In this document: one piece after another, positions 54,037-62,666 of the stretch
Layout of the letters: every line of letters starts with the position of its first letter
How positions within the stretch are numbered: position 1 is the first letter of the stretch
Translations under genes and position numbers: made by a program
Assembly: GCA_963805975.1 (NCBI GenBank)
Contig: CAWDVR010000003.1
Location: 704,001-768,000 of the forward strand
From: an uncultured Acidobacteriota bacterium
GTDB lineage: Bacteria; Acidobacteriota; Thermoanaerobaculia; Multivoradales; SZUA-115
Direction: 5' to 3'
Length of the DNA stretch: 64,000 nt
The notes under the pieces: model-generated
What the model saw: the letters and a program-made list of their open reading frames with translations, nothing else
Told to the model about the DNA's origin: nothing
The model's database searches: none

Positions 54037-55518
54037 ATGGCAAGCGAAGTCGTGATGCCGCAGATGGGCGAGTCGATCGCCGAGGGAACGATCACCAAGT
54101 GGCTGGTGAAGGTGGGCGAGAAGGTGGAGCGCGACCAGCCGCTGTTCGAGATCTCGACCGACAAGGTGGACGCCGAGATCCCCAGCCCGGCCGCCGGCAC
54201 ACTGATCGAGGTGCGGTTCCAGGAAGGCGCCACGGTGCCCGTCAACGAAGTGGTGGCGATGATCGGCGACGCCGCCGAGCAGCCGGCCCCGGCCCCTGCC
54301 GTCCCCGAGCAGAAGGACTCCGAGCCGCCGCCTCCGCCGCCGCCCGGAGTCGCGGACCAGAAGGAGGCGGATCGACCGCCCGAGGCGCCGAACGTGGCGC
54401 CTCCTCCTCCCGACGTCGCGGGCAAGCCCGCCGAGGTGCCGGCGGCCTCCGGCAGCGCCGAGAAGCTGGTCGAGGCCGGCTCGCTCGAGGAGCGCGTGCG
54501 CCAGTCCTCGAGCCCGGTGGTGCGGAAGATCGCCGCCGAGGAGGGTGTGGACATCGCGCAGATCGAGGGCTCGGGCATCCACGGCCGGGTGACCAAGCGC
54601 GACATCGAGAACTATCTCGAGGACCGCAAGAGCGCCCCGGCTCCCGCTGCGGCTGCCCTGGCCCCGGCTGCTCCGGCACCTGCACCGGCCGCCGCGGCCC
54701 CGGCTCCGAAGCCCGCTCCCACGCCCGCCCCGGCGGCTGCGGCGCCGCCGTCCACCAAGGTGGCGACCGGCTTCCACGTCGCGGCCTACAACGAGGGGGA
54801 CAACGTCGAGATCGAGCCCATGTCGAAGATCCGCCAGATCACGGCGGCCCACATGCGCTACTCGAAGGACACCTCGGCGCACGTGACCACGGTCTTCCAC
54901 ATGGACATGTCGGGCGTCGCCAAGGCGCGCGAGAAGGCGCGCCGCCGCTTCGAAGAGGCCAACGGCACCAAGCTCACCTACATGCCGTTCATCTTCAAGG
55001 CGGTGGCGAGCGCGCTCAAGCGCCACAAGAAGATCAACGCCTCGCTCGACGGCACCAACATCGTCTACAAGAAGGACATCAACCTCGGCATGGCCGTGGC
55101 GCTCGACTGGGGCCTGATCGTGCCGGTGATGAAGAACGCCGACCAGCTCTCGCTCCTCGGCCTGGCGAAGACCGCCAACGACCTGGCCGAGCGCGCGCGC
55201 TCGAAGAAGCTGCGGCCCGAGGAGGTGCAGGGTGGCACCTTCACGATCACCAACCCCGGCGTCTTCGGCTCGCTCTTCGGCATGCCGATCATCAACCAGC
55301 CGCAGGTGGCGATCCTGGGCCTCGGCACCATCGAGAAGCGGCCGGTAGTGCTGCAGGACTCGCTCGGCAACGACATGATCGCCATCAAGACCATGTCCTA
55401 CTTCGCCATCACCTACGACCACCGGCTGGTCGACGGGGCGGACGCCGACCACTTCATGAACGACGTCAAGAAGACCTTGCAGGAAGAGGCCTGGCAGGAG
55501 CTGGCGGCGTACTTCTGA
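54037..55518 (+). CDS. 2-oxoacid dehydrogenase E2 dihydrolipoamide acyltransferase
   Basis: Single lipoyl domain STDKVDAE, E3-binding GSGIHGRVTKRD, catalytic DHRLVDG. Confidence 0.95.
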   Translation: MASEVVMPQMGESIAEGTITKWLVKVGEKVERDQPLFEISTDKVDAEIPSPAAGTLIEVRFQEGATVPVNEVVAMIGDAAEQPAPAPAVPEQKDSEPPPPPPPGVADQKEADRPPEAPNVAPPPPDVAGKPAEVPAASGSAEKLVEAGSLEERVRQSSSPVVRKIAAEEGVDIAQIEGSGIHGRVTKRDIENYLEDRKSAPAPAAAALAPAAPAPAPAAAAPAPKPAPTPAPAAAAPPSTKVATGFHVAAYNEGDNVEIEPMSKIRQITAAHMRYSKDTSAHVTTVFHMDMSGVAKAREKARRRFEEANGTKLTYMPFIFKAVASALKRHKKINASLDGTNIVYKKDINLGMAVALDWGLIVPVMKNADQLSLLGLAKTANDLAERARSKKLRPEEVQGGTFTITNPGVFGSLFGMPIINQPQVAILGLGTIEKRPVVLQDSLGNDMIAIKTMSYFAITYDHRLVDGADADHFMNDVKKTLQEEAWQELAAYF

Positions 55519-55524
55519 GCAGAG

Positions 55525-55630
55525 CCCCTCACCCTAACCCTCTCCCCGCAAGCGGGGAGAGGGAATCAGAGGGTCGAACCATTCCGGCCCCCTCGCCCCG
55601 CGTGAGCGGGGAGAGGGCTGGGGTGAGGGG
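55525..55630. repeat. Paired inverted REP-like element (also a possible terminator/stabiliser)
   Basis: CCCCTCACCCTAACCCTCTCCCCGCAAGCGGGGAGAGGG then inverted copy ending GCGGGGAGAGGGCTGGGGTGAGGGG. Confidence 0.85.
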
Positions 55631-55657
55631 AAGCCGGCCACGACTAGAATCACTGGC

Positions 55658-56383
55658 ATGGCGCAGCCCCTCCGCCCTCTCCGCTACGGCTTCCTCGGCC
55701 GGGTACCCTACGGCGAGGGCGTCGAGATCCAGCTCGCGACGCGCGACGCTCTGAAGCGCGGCGAGGGTGAAGAGCACCTGTTCCTCCTCGAGCACCCGCA
55801 CGTCTACACCCTGGGCCGCAATGCCAGCGAAGCTGACGTGCTGGCGGACCCCGCCTGGCTCGCGCAGCGCGGTATCGAGATCGCGCACTGCGACCGCGGC
55901 GGCCAGGTCACCTACCACGGCCTGGGCCAGCTCGTGGGCTATCCCATCCTGAACCTGTCGCCGGACCGCCGGGACATCCGCCGCTACGTGCGCGACCTGG
56001 CGGAGGTGCTGGTCGCGACCCTTGCCGACTACGGCCTCGAGGCGCGGCGCGGCGAGGAGCAGGCGCTGATCGGCGTCTGGGTGGGCGAGGCCAAGGTCGC
56101 TTCGATCGGCGTTCACCTCTCGCGCTGGCTCACCACCCACGGCTTCGCGCTCAACGTCACCACCGACCTCTCGTACTTCGCCGGCATCACGCCCTGCGGC
56201 TTGACCGGGGTGAGGATGGCCTCGATCGAGAGCCTGACGGGCCGGCGGCCGAGCCTTCCGGAGGTAGCGGAGGTGGCGGCCCGGCACCTGGCCCGCATCT
56301 TCGAGCGCGAGCTGGTGCCGATCGCGGCGCTGCCCGCACCCGAGCGGCCGGTGCGCGAGGTCGCGTGGGCCACCGCTTCCTGA
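55658..56383 (+). CDS. lipB: Lipoyl(octanoyl) transferase
   Basis: LEHPHVYTLGR, RGGQVTYHG, KVASIGV, HGFALNV, ITPCG. Confidence 0.95.
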   Translation: MAQPLRPLRYGFLGRVPYGEGVEIQLATRDALKRGEGEEHLFLLEHPHVYTLGRNASEADVLADPAWLAQRGIEIAHCDRGGQVTYHGLGQLVGYPILNLSPDRRDIRRYVRDLAEVLVATLADYGLEARRGEEQALIGVWVGEAKVASIGVHLSRWLTTHGFALNVTTDLSYFAGITPCGLTGVRMASIESLTGRRPSLPEVAEVAARHLARIFERELVPIAALPAPERPVREVAWATAS

Positions 56384-56439
56384 ACCACACGGCCGGTCTG
56401 CGACTTTAGGCCGCGGTCACTTCGCTGGCCGAGCGGCTC
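56348..56439 (+). repeat. Imperfect direct repeat copy 1 (lipB 3' end plus decayed archease 5' end)
   Basis: Aligns without gaps to 57994-58085; reads VGHRFLNHTAGLRL* versus archease VGHRFLSHTADLRLE. Confidence 0.85.
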
Positions 56440-56500
56440 CTCCACAACCCAACCCGTAGTCTGCTCACAAAGTAGCCGGAAGTGCGCGTTTTAGAGCGAG

Positions 56501-57967
56501 ATGAGCCTTGGTCCGCGCGAAGCGTGGTTTTTCGGCTCCACGATCGCCCACCGGCTGGGCACCTGGGGGCGCCAGCCCTGGGTGTGGGTGCTGCTCCAGG
56601 CGCTGGCGATCTGGGGATTCCTGGCGTTCCAAGGGCGGCTCGAGCCACACCACCACATAGACAGCCACTTCTACGTCCGCCTGGCGAAGGACTTCTCGTG
56701 GATCGATATCCTGGGGAGCCGGCGAACCCTGGGCTACCCGCTGTTCCTTCGAGCCTTGTTCTGGTTGCGGGGAGACCTCGGCTGGCTGCCCCATCTTCAG
56801 GTGCTCTCTCTCGGGGCCGCGGCGGTGCTCTGGTGCGCGGCGCTGCAGCGGTTCGGCCTCTCGGCGCCAGCCGCCCTCGTGGCCGGGAGCTGGCCGCTTT
56901 ACGCACGGCTCTTCCGGGTGCTGAAAGCGTCGGTGATGACCGACCTGCCCGCGGCCACCTTGGCTTTGTTCGCCCTCGCGGCCCTGCTGTTCCTGCTCTG
57001 CGAGCCCCGGCGGACGCGCTGGTGGGCGGGCCTCGGTGTCCTGCTTTTCCTCGCCTATCAGGTGCGGCCGTCTTACGCATCTCTCGTCCTTTTCTTGCCG
57101 CTCGCCGCCTGGGTCTCGAGCAGGCTCGAGGCGCGGTGGAAGCTGGGTGGAGAGCCCCGCCGCGGTCTCGTCTCGCGCCTCGGGTTGCTGATGTGCGGCC
57201 CGCTGCTGCTGTTCTGCGCCTGCCGCTGGGCGCTGGTGGGGCACTTCGGGTTGGTGGCCTTCACCGGCCACAACCTGTCGGGCCTCACCTCCTCGATGCT
57301 CAGTCCGGAGCTCGTCGCCGAGCTGCCCGCGGCCGAGCAACCGCTCGCCGCGGCGATCCTCGCCTTGCGCCAGGAGAAAGGCCTTGCGCCGCTCGATGCG
57401 CGATCGAGGGCCGAGGAATGGGGGCGGTTCTACAACTGGAACTGTTGGGAGGCGGCGGTCAGGCTGGTGAGGACCGCCTGGAAGCAGGATCTGGCCGAGG
57501 CCTCGGCGCGGGGCCCGATCCGGGGAACGGCCGTCGAGCACCGCGACATCTACGTCGAGAGGCGCCTCCTGCCCTTGAGCGTCTCCATCCTCCGCGCCCG
57601 CCCCGGCCTCTATCTCGTCTGGATGAGCCGAGGCTGGACGCATGCCTTGCTCACCACCGGGAAACAGCCGTGGATCTTCATCCCAGCCGTGCTCCTGGGG
57701 CTCTCCTGGCTGCTGTTCGGCCGGCTGAGGGGAGGAGCCCACCGGCAGGAGCGCGGCCGGTGCCTGTTGGTCCTTCTGCTGGCGCTCGCCTATTACCTCG
57801 CCACCATGGGCCTGGTCCTGCTGGTCGAGATCGCGGACTGGCGCTACATTGCCGCGGCCGAGCTGCTGCTGCCGGGGGCGATGCTGGCGATGGCGGTGGA
57901 GCTCTTCCGATCCGGATCCGGCCGCGATCGGCTGGCAGCGGAGGCGGCCGCTACAATCTCCGCATGA
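56501..57967 (+). CDS. Polytopic membrane protein, possibly GT-C-fold glycosyltransferase
   Basis: About 10 TM segments; DSHFY, RTLGYPLF, VMTD and VRP resemble ArnT/PMT-like motifs. Confidence 0.65.
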   Translation: MSLGPREAWFFGSTIAHRLGTWGRQPWVWVLLQALAIWGFLAFQGRLEPHHHIDSHFYVRLAKDFSWIDILGSRRTLGYPLFLRALFWLRGDLGWLPHLQVLSLGAAAVLWCAALQRFGLSAPAALVAGSWPLYARLFRVLKASVMTDLPAATLALFALAALLFLLCEPRRTRWWAGLGVLLFLAYQVRPSYASLVLFLPLAAWVSSRLEARWKLGGEPRRGLVSRLGLLMCGPLLLFCACRWALVGHFGLVAFTGHNLSGLTSSMLSPELVAELPAAEQPLAAAILALRQEKGLAPLDARSRAEEWGRFYNWNCWEAAVRLVRTAWKQDLAEASARGPIRGTAVEHRDIYVERRLLPLSVSILRARPGLYLVWMSRGWTHALLTTGKQPWIFIPAVLLGLSWLLFGRLRGGAHRQERGRCLLVLLLALAYYLATMGLVLLVEIADWRYIAAAELLLPGAMLAMAVELFRSGSGRDRLAAEAAATISA

Positions 57968-57993
57968 CGCGGCCCACTGCCTGCCGTCTCGAG

Positions 57994-58085
57994 CCGATCC
58001 GCGAGGTCGTGTGGGCCACCGCTTCCTGAGCCACACCGCCGACCTGCGGCTCGAGGTCACGGCTCCTTCGCTCGAAGAGCTCTTC
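57994..58085 (+). repeat. Imperfect direct repeat copy 2 (lipB tail remnant plus intact archease start)
   Basis: Identical core GTGGGCCACCGCTTCCTGA; PIREVVWATAS* versus LipB PVREVAWATAS*. Confidence 0.85.
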
Positions 58086-58436
58086 GCCGAGGCCCTGGTC
58101 GGCTTCACCGAGGCCATGACCGAGGTCGAGTCCGTTTCGGCGGAGACCTCGTGGGCCGTGGAAACCGAGGCCGCCGACCTGGGCGGCCTCCTGGTCGCCT
58201 GGCTCGAAGAGCTGCTCTTCCACTACGACGCCCGCGGCCTGCTTCCGTTGCGAGCGGAGCTGGGCGTGGTGGGCGAGGAAGGCTCGTACCGGCTCGACGC
58301 GACCGTCCACGGCGAGGCCTACGACCCCGAACGGCACGAGATCAAGGTGCTGCTCAAGGCGATCACCTACCACGGGCTGGTAGTGGAGCAGGGGGAGAGT
58401 GGGGAGTGGCGGGCCGAGGTGATCTTCGATATTTGA
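58011..58436 (+). CDS. Archease
   Basis: HTAD, SLEELFAEA, LVAWLEELLF, KAITYHGL, VIFDI; GTG start after GAGGT. Confidence 0.92.
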   Translation: MGHRFLSHTADLRLEVTAPSLEELFAEALVGFTEAMTEVESVSAETSWAVETEAADLGGLLVAWLEELLFHYDARGLLPLRAELGVVGEEGSYRLDATVHGEAYDPERHEIKVLLKAITYHGLVVEQGESGEWRAEVIFDI

Positions 58437-58450
58437 GGCCCGCCGCGCCC

Positions 58451-60100
58451 TCACATCTCCTTGAGATACTCGTGCACGAACTGCACGGCCATCGAGCCTT
58501 CGCCCACGGCGGAGGCCACGCGCTTGACCGAGCCGGCACGCACGTCGCCGGCGGCGAAGACGCCGGGGCGGCTGGTCTCGAGCAGGAACGGCTGGCGGCG
58601 AAGGGTCCAGTAGGGAGACTCGGCCAAGGCCGGGCCGGTGCGGACGAACCCCTTGGCGTCCTTCTCGACCTCCGGGGGCAGCCATTCGGTCCACGGCACG
58701 GCGCCGATGAAGCTGAACAGCGCCGCGGTGGGGAGCATCCGCCGCTCCCCCGTCCGGTGCTCGAGGATCTCGACCGAGGCGAGCACGCCGTTGCCGGCCA
58801 TGCGCTCCACCGTGGTGTGGTAGAGCACCTCGATATTGGGCATCTGCTCGATGCGATGCACCAGGTAGCTCGACATGCTCTTGTAGAGATCGTCGCCGCG
58901 CACCAGGATGTACACCTTCCGCGCCAGGCCGGCGAGATAGACGGCGGCCTGGCCCGCGGAGTTGCCGCCGCCCACGATCACCACGTCCGCTCCACGGCAT
59001 AGCGGCGCCTCGTTGGGCGTCGCGGCGTAGTAGACGCCGCAGCCCTCGAAGCGCTCGCAGCCGTCGGCGGGAAGCCGGCGGTAGTCGGCGCCGGTGGCGA
59101 TCAGCAGGCACTTGGCGGTGATGCTCTCGCCGCCTTCGAGGTGCAGCACCGGGTAGGCGTTGTCGAAAGTCATGCTGGCGACCGGGGTGGGGATGGGCAG
59201 GCGGGCCCCGAACCGGTTGGCCTGGAGGACGGCGCGATCCGCCAGCTCGGCGCCGGTGATGCCGGTGGGAAAGCCGAGGTAGTTCTCGATGCGCATGCTG
59301 CGGCCGGCCTGCCCTCCGGGCCCGGAGCGCTCCAGCACGATCGTTTCGAGGCCCTCGGAGGCGCCGTAGACCGCCGCGGCCAGCCCCGCCGGTCCGGCCC
59401 CGACCACGACCAGATCGTAGACGGCGTGCGCGAGCGGCTGACGGATGCCGAGCGCCTCGGCCAGCGCGCGGTTCGACGGGTTGCGCAGCACCAGCTTCTG
59501 GCCCCAGGCGACCACCGGCGTGTCCTCCGGGGTCATCCCGAAGTGCTGGAGCAGCAGGTCCATCTCCGGCTCGGTCTCCAGATCCAGCCAGGTGAAGAGG
59601 ACGCGGTTCCTGGAGAGGAAGTCGCGCACCCGGAAGGTCTCCCGCGAGTAGCGGGAGCCGATCACCCGCAGGCCGGTGAAATCCCCCGACTCGCGCAGCA
59701 GCTGGCGCCGGGCGATGAAGGCCTGGAGGATGATGTCGGCCAGGTCCGGGCACTGGCTGAGGATGTCGCGCAGCGTCTCCGGCGACACCTCGTAGACCTC
59801 GCAGTCGCCGCGGGCGACGGCGCTCACGATCGCCGGCCGGCCGGTGAGGTGGGAGATGTCGCCGGTGAACTCTCCTGGTTGGTGGACGGTGACGGTCTTC
59901 GGCGTGTCGCCGGACTCGTCCAGGATCTCGACCGCGCCGGTCCGCACCACGAAGAACTTGAGATTGCGGTCCCCGACCTCGAAGAGCTTCTCGCCGTCGG
60001 GGAACTGGCGGAGCGTGGCGCCCGTGCAGCTCGCGAGCTCGGCGAGCTGACCCGGGTCGAGCGTGGGGAACGCGACCTCGTGCAGGTCCTGATGGGCCAT
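58451..60100 (-). CDS. cNMP-binding domain / thioredoxin reductase-like flavoprotein
   Basis: N-terminal Crp-like domain (GEFTGD), GAGPAGLAAAVYGASEG, IENYLGFPTGI, GGGNSAGQ, FAAGDVR. Confidence 0.9.
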   Translation of the reverse strand: MAHQDLHEVAFPTLDPGQLAELASCTGATLRQFPDGEKLFEVGDRNLKFFVVRTGAVEILDESGDTPKTVTVHQPGEFTGDISHLTGRPAIVSAVARGDCEVYEVSPETLRDILSQCPDLADIILQAFIARRQLLRESGDFTGLRVIGSRYSRETFRVRDFLSRNRVLFTWLDLETEPEMDLLLQHFGMTPEDTPVVAWGQKLVLRNPSNRALAEALGIRQPLAHAVYDLVVVGAGPAGLAAAVYGASEGLETIVLERSGPGGQAGRSMRIENYLGFPTGITGAELADRAVLQANRFGARLPIPTPVASMTFDNAYPVLHLEGGESITAKCLLIATGADYRRLPADGCERFEGCGVYYAATPNEAPLCRGADVVIVGGGNSAGQAAVYLAGLARKVYILVRGDDLYKSMSSYLVHRIEQMPNIEVLYHTTVERMAGNGVLASVEILEHRTGERRMLPTAALFSFIGAVPWTEWLPPEVEKDAKGFVRTGPALAESPYWTLRRQPFLLETSRPGVFAAGDVRAGSVKRVASAVGEGSMAVQFVHEYLKEM

Positions 60101-60122
60101 CTCGGACGTTCCTCTCCAGCGG

Positions 60123-60764
60123 TCAGGCAGTCAGGCCTTCGCGCACCGCGAGGAGCGCCGCCTGGGTGCGGTCCTCGACGCCGAGCTTCGACAGCACGGC
60201 GCTGACGTAGCCTTTCACGGTCCCCTCGGAGAGGTGGAGCTCCTTGGCGATCTGCTTGTTGCTCCGGCCGCGGGCGATCTCGGCCAAGACGCTCTTCTCG
60301 CGCGGCGTGAGCTCGTCGAGCGGCGAGGCCGTCTTCGGCGCCGTGAGGCGTTGCATCAGCAGGCGCTGGGCCTCCGGGTGGAGCGCGGGATGGCCGTCCT
60401 TGGCGCCGCGCAGCGCGCGCAACAGCTCGCTGCCGGAGACGTCCTTCAACAGGTAGCCGAGCGCCCCCGCCTCCAGGGCCTGGCGCACCATCGCGTCCTC
60501 GACGAAGCTGGTGAGCACGATGACCGCCGCCTTGGAGCCGGCGGCGCGCAGCCGGCGAATGGTTTCCAGGCCGCCGATGCCCGGCATCACCATGTCGAGC
60601 AGGATGACCTCGGGGCGGTGCGCGGCGGCGAGCACCAGGGCCTGCTCGCCGCGCGCCGCCTCGGCCACGATCTCGATGTCCCGCTCCTCGGAGAGCAGCG
60701 TGCGCAGCCCTTCGCGCACGATCTCGTGGTCGTCGACGATCAGGACGCGGATCGGTTCGTTCAC
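60123..60764 (-). CDS. NarL/LuxR-family response regulator
   Basis: IVDDH, LLDMVMP, GYLLK, LTPREKSVL...SNKQIA HTH. Confidence 0.95.
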   Translation of the reverse strand: MNEPIRVLIVDDHEIVREGLRTLLSEERDIEIVAEAARGEQALVLAAAHRPEVILLDMVMPGIGGLETIRRLRAAGSKAAVIVLTSFVEDAMVRQALEAGALGYLLKDVSGSELLRALRGAKDGHPALHPEAQRLLMQRLTAPKTASPLDELTPREKSVLAEIARGRSNKQIAKELHLSEGTVKGYVSAVLSKLGVEDRTQAALLAVREGLTA

Positions 60765-60780
60765 GGTGTCTCTCCTCGCC

Positions 60781-62514
60781 TCAGGTGGCGAACGCGATCT
60801 CGATCTCGGTGCCGGCGCCGGGCGCGGTGCGCAGGCAGAAGGTGCCGCCGAGGTGGCGGGCCCGCTCGCGCATCGTCGATAGGCCCATGCCGCCGCCCTC
60901 GAGCGTCGAGGGGGAAAAGGAGCGCGCCGCGGCAGCCTGCGGGTCGAAGCCTTTGCCGTCGTCCCGGATGCGCATCGAGGCGCGGGCGCCGCTCGCCGCG
61001 AGCTCGACCTCGATCGAGCGCGCCCGCGCGTGCTTCACGGTGTTGGAGAGCGCCTCCTGCGCGATGCGGTAGAGCACTTCCTCGCGCTCCGGGGTCAGCC
61101 GATCGTAGCCGCGGCGCACCAGGCGTGCGGCGAGGCCGTCGCGCTCGAGGGCCGCGAGCTCCAGCGCCAGCACCGCCGGCAGGCCCTCGCTCCTCACCCG
61201 CACCACGCCGGGAATCGGCAGCTCGGCGGTCGAGTGCATGGCGTTCACCGGCTTGGGCTGGCCCGGCGGGCGCAGCTCCTTGAGCAGCGCCCGCATCTCG
61301 GCCAGGGCGGAGCGGTTGAGCTCGACCACGCGCGCCGTGCGGCGCTCGCCCTCGGTGCGGTCGCGGGCGTAGGCCGGCGCCACGGACTGGGCGATCATCG
61401 TCGCCGAGGACAGGAGCTGGGTCACCGAGTCGTGGAGGTCGCGCGCCAGGCGCTGGCGCTCCTCGAGCACGGCGAGCTGCTGCGCCTGGGCGAAGAGCCT
61501 GGCGTTCTTGATCGCCAGCGCCAAGTGGTCGGCGGCGATCTCGAGCGCCGTCGCATCCTCCTCCGAGAAGGGCTGGCCGCTCTCCACGTTGAGCACGCCG
61601 AGGATCTGGCCGCCCAGCCGGATCGGCACCGCGAGCTCGGAACGGATGCCCACCACGCCGGGCGTGGGCACGTAGCGCGGGTCGGCCGCCACGTCGTTCA
61701 CCAGCTCCACACGGCCCTGGCTCGCCGCGGCACCGATGATGCCGCGGGCGAGCGGCAGGCGATAGCCGCCGTCGATCGAGTGCCCGGCTCCGCCACCCAC
61801 GTAGGAGAGCACCAGGGTCGAGGGCCGCTCCGGGTCGATCAGCGGGATGGCGACGTAGGGGTAGCCCAGCAGCCGGTGGATGGCGTCGGCGGCGTTCTGG
61901 AGCATTTCGGAGAGCTCCAGGCCCGAGGAGATGATGCGCCCCACCGCCGCCAGCACCTCGAGCCGGCGCGTGCGCAGGTGCTCGCGCTGGTAGCGGCGCG
62001 CGATCTCGATGGCGATCGCCGCGGGCCGGCCGAAGAGCGACAGGCTCTCGACGTCGGCGGCATCGAAGCGGCGCGGCGGCCGGGCGCCGATACCGAAGAA
62101 GCCCACCACGCGATCACGCCAGAAGAGAGGCAGGCCGAGGACGGTGTTTTCCGCCAGCTCGGGCCGCGGGAGCTGGCCGAGGTCGCCGTAGCGGTCAAGC
62201 ACGACCGGTCGCCGCTCGGTGAGCACCCGGCCCGCCAGGCCTTCCCCCGGCCGTGCCTCGGTGCCGACCTCGCCTTCGGGCATGTTGTGGGCAGCCTCCA
62301 CGCGCAGCACGCCGCGCTGCTCGTCGTAGATGCCGATCGAGCCGTCGTCGGCGCCCAGGAGCTCGCAGGCCTCGCGCACGATCGAGGTGAGGAGCGTGCG
62401 CAGCTCGGACTCGCTCGACACCTCCTCGAGCACACGCTGCAGTGTCTCGCCCCGCCGTAGCAGGGCCTCGAGCTGCGCCTCGGAGGGCGGGATGCTGGCG
62501 CCAGGGAGGTCCAT
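60781..62514 (-). CDS. Soluble two-GAF histidine kinase (HisKA_3 type)
   Basis: Two GAF domains, ERQRLARDLHDSVTQ, QEALSNTVKHA, DDGKGF, GMGLSTMRER; no TM. Confidence 0.93.
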   Translation of the reverse strand: MDLPGASIPPSEAQLEALLRRGETLQRVLEEVSSESELRTLLTSIVREACELLGADDGSIGIYDEQRGVLRVEAAHNMPEGEVGTEARPGEGLAGRVLTERRPVVLDRYGDLGQLPRPELAENTVLGLPLFWRDRVVGFFGIGARPPRRFDAADVESLSLFGRPAAIAIEIARRYQREHLRTRRLEVLAAVGRIISSGLELSEMLQNAADAIHRLLGYPYVAIPLIDPERPSTLVLSYVGGGAGHSIDGGYRLPLARGIIGAAASQGRVELVNDVAADPRYVPTPGVVGIRSELAVPIRLGGQILGVLNVESGQPFSEEDATALEIAADHLALAIKNARLFAQAQQLAVLEERQRLARDLHDSVTQLLSSATMIAQSVAPAYARDRTEGERRTARVVELNRSALAEMRALLKELRPPGQPKPVNAMHSTAELPIPGVVRVRSEGLPAVLALELAALERDGLAARLVRRGYDRLTPEREEVLYRIAQEALSNTVKHARARSIEVELAASGARASMRIRDDGKGFDPQAAAARSFSPSTLEGGGMGLSTMRERARHLGGTFCLRTAPGAGTEIEIAFAT

Positions 62515-62666
62515 CACAGCTCCTTCGGGCTGAAGGTAGCACAGGGGCCAGGGCACGACCGCTGACGAAAGTCAGTGCTCGGAGGACCGAAAGTCAGGGC
62601 CGTGGCAGCCACGAGGCTGCCCTTACGAGATCCCGGTAGAGGTCCCTCGTGGCCGCCCGAGAGGGC

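Noticed and set aside
54280-54760. Repetitive Pro/Ala-rich DNA in E2
   Set aside because: Ordinary flexible linkers of dihydrolipoamide acyltransferases
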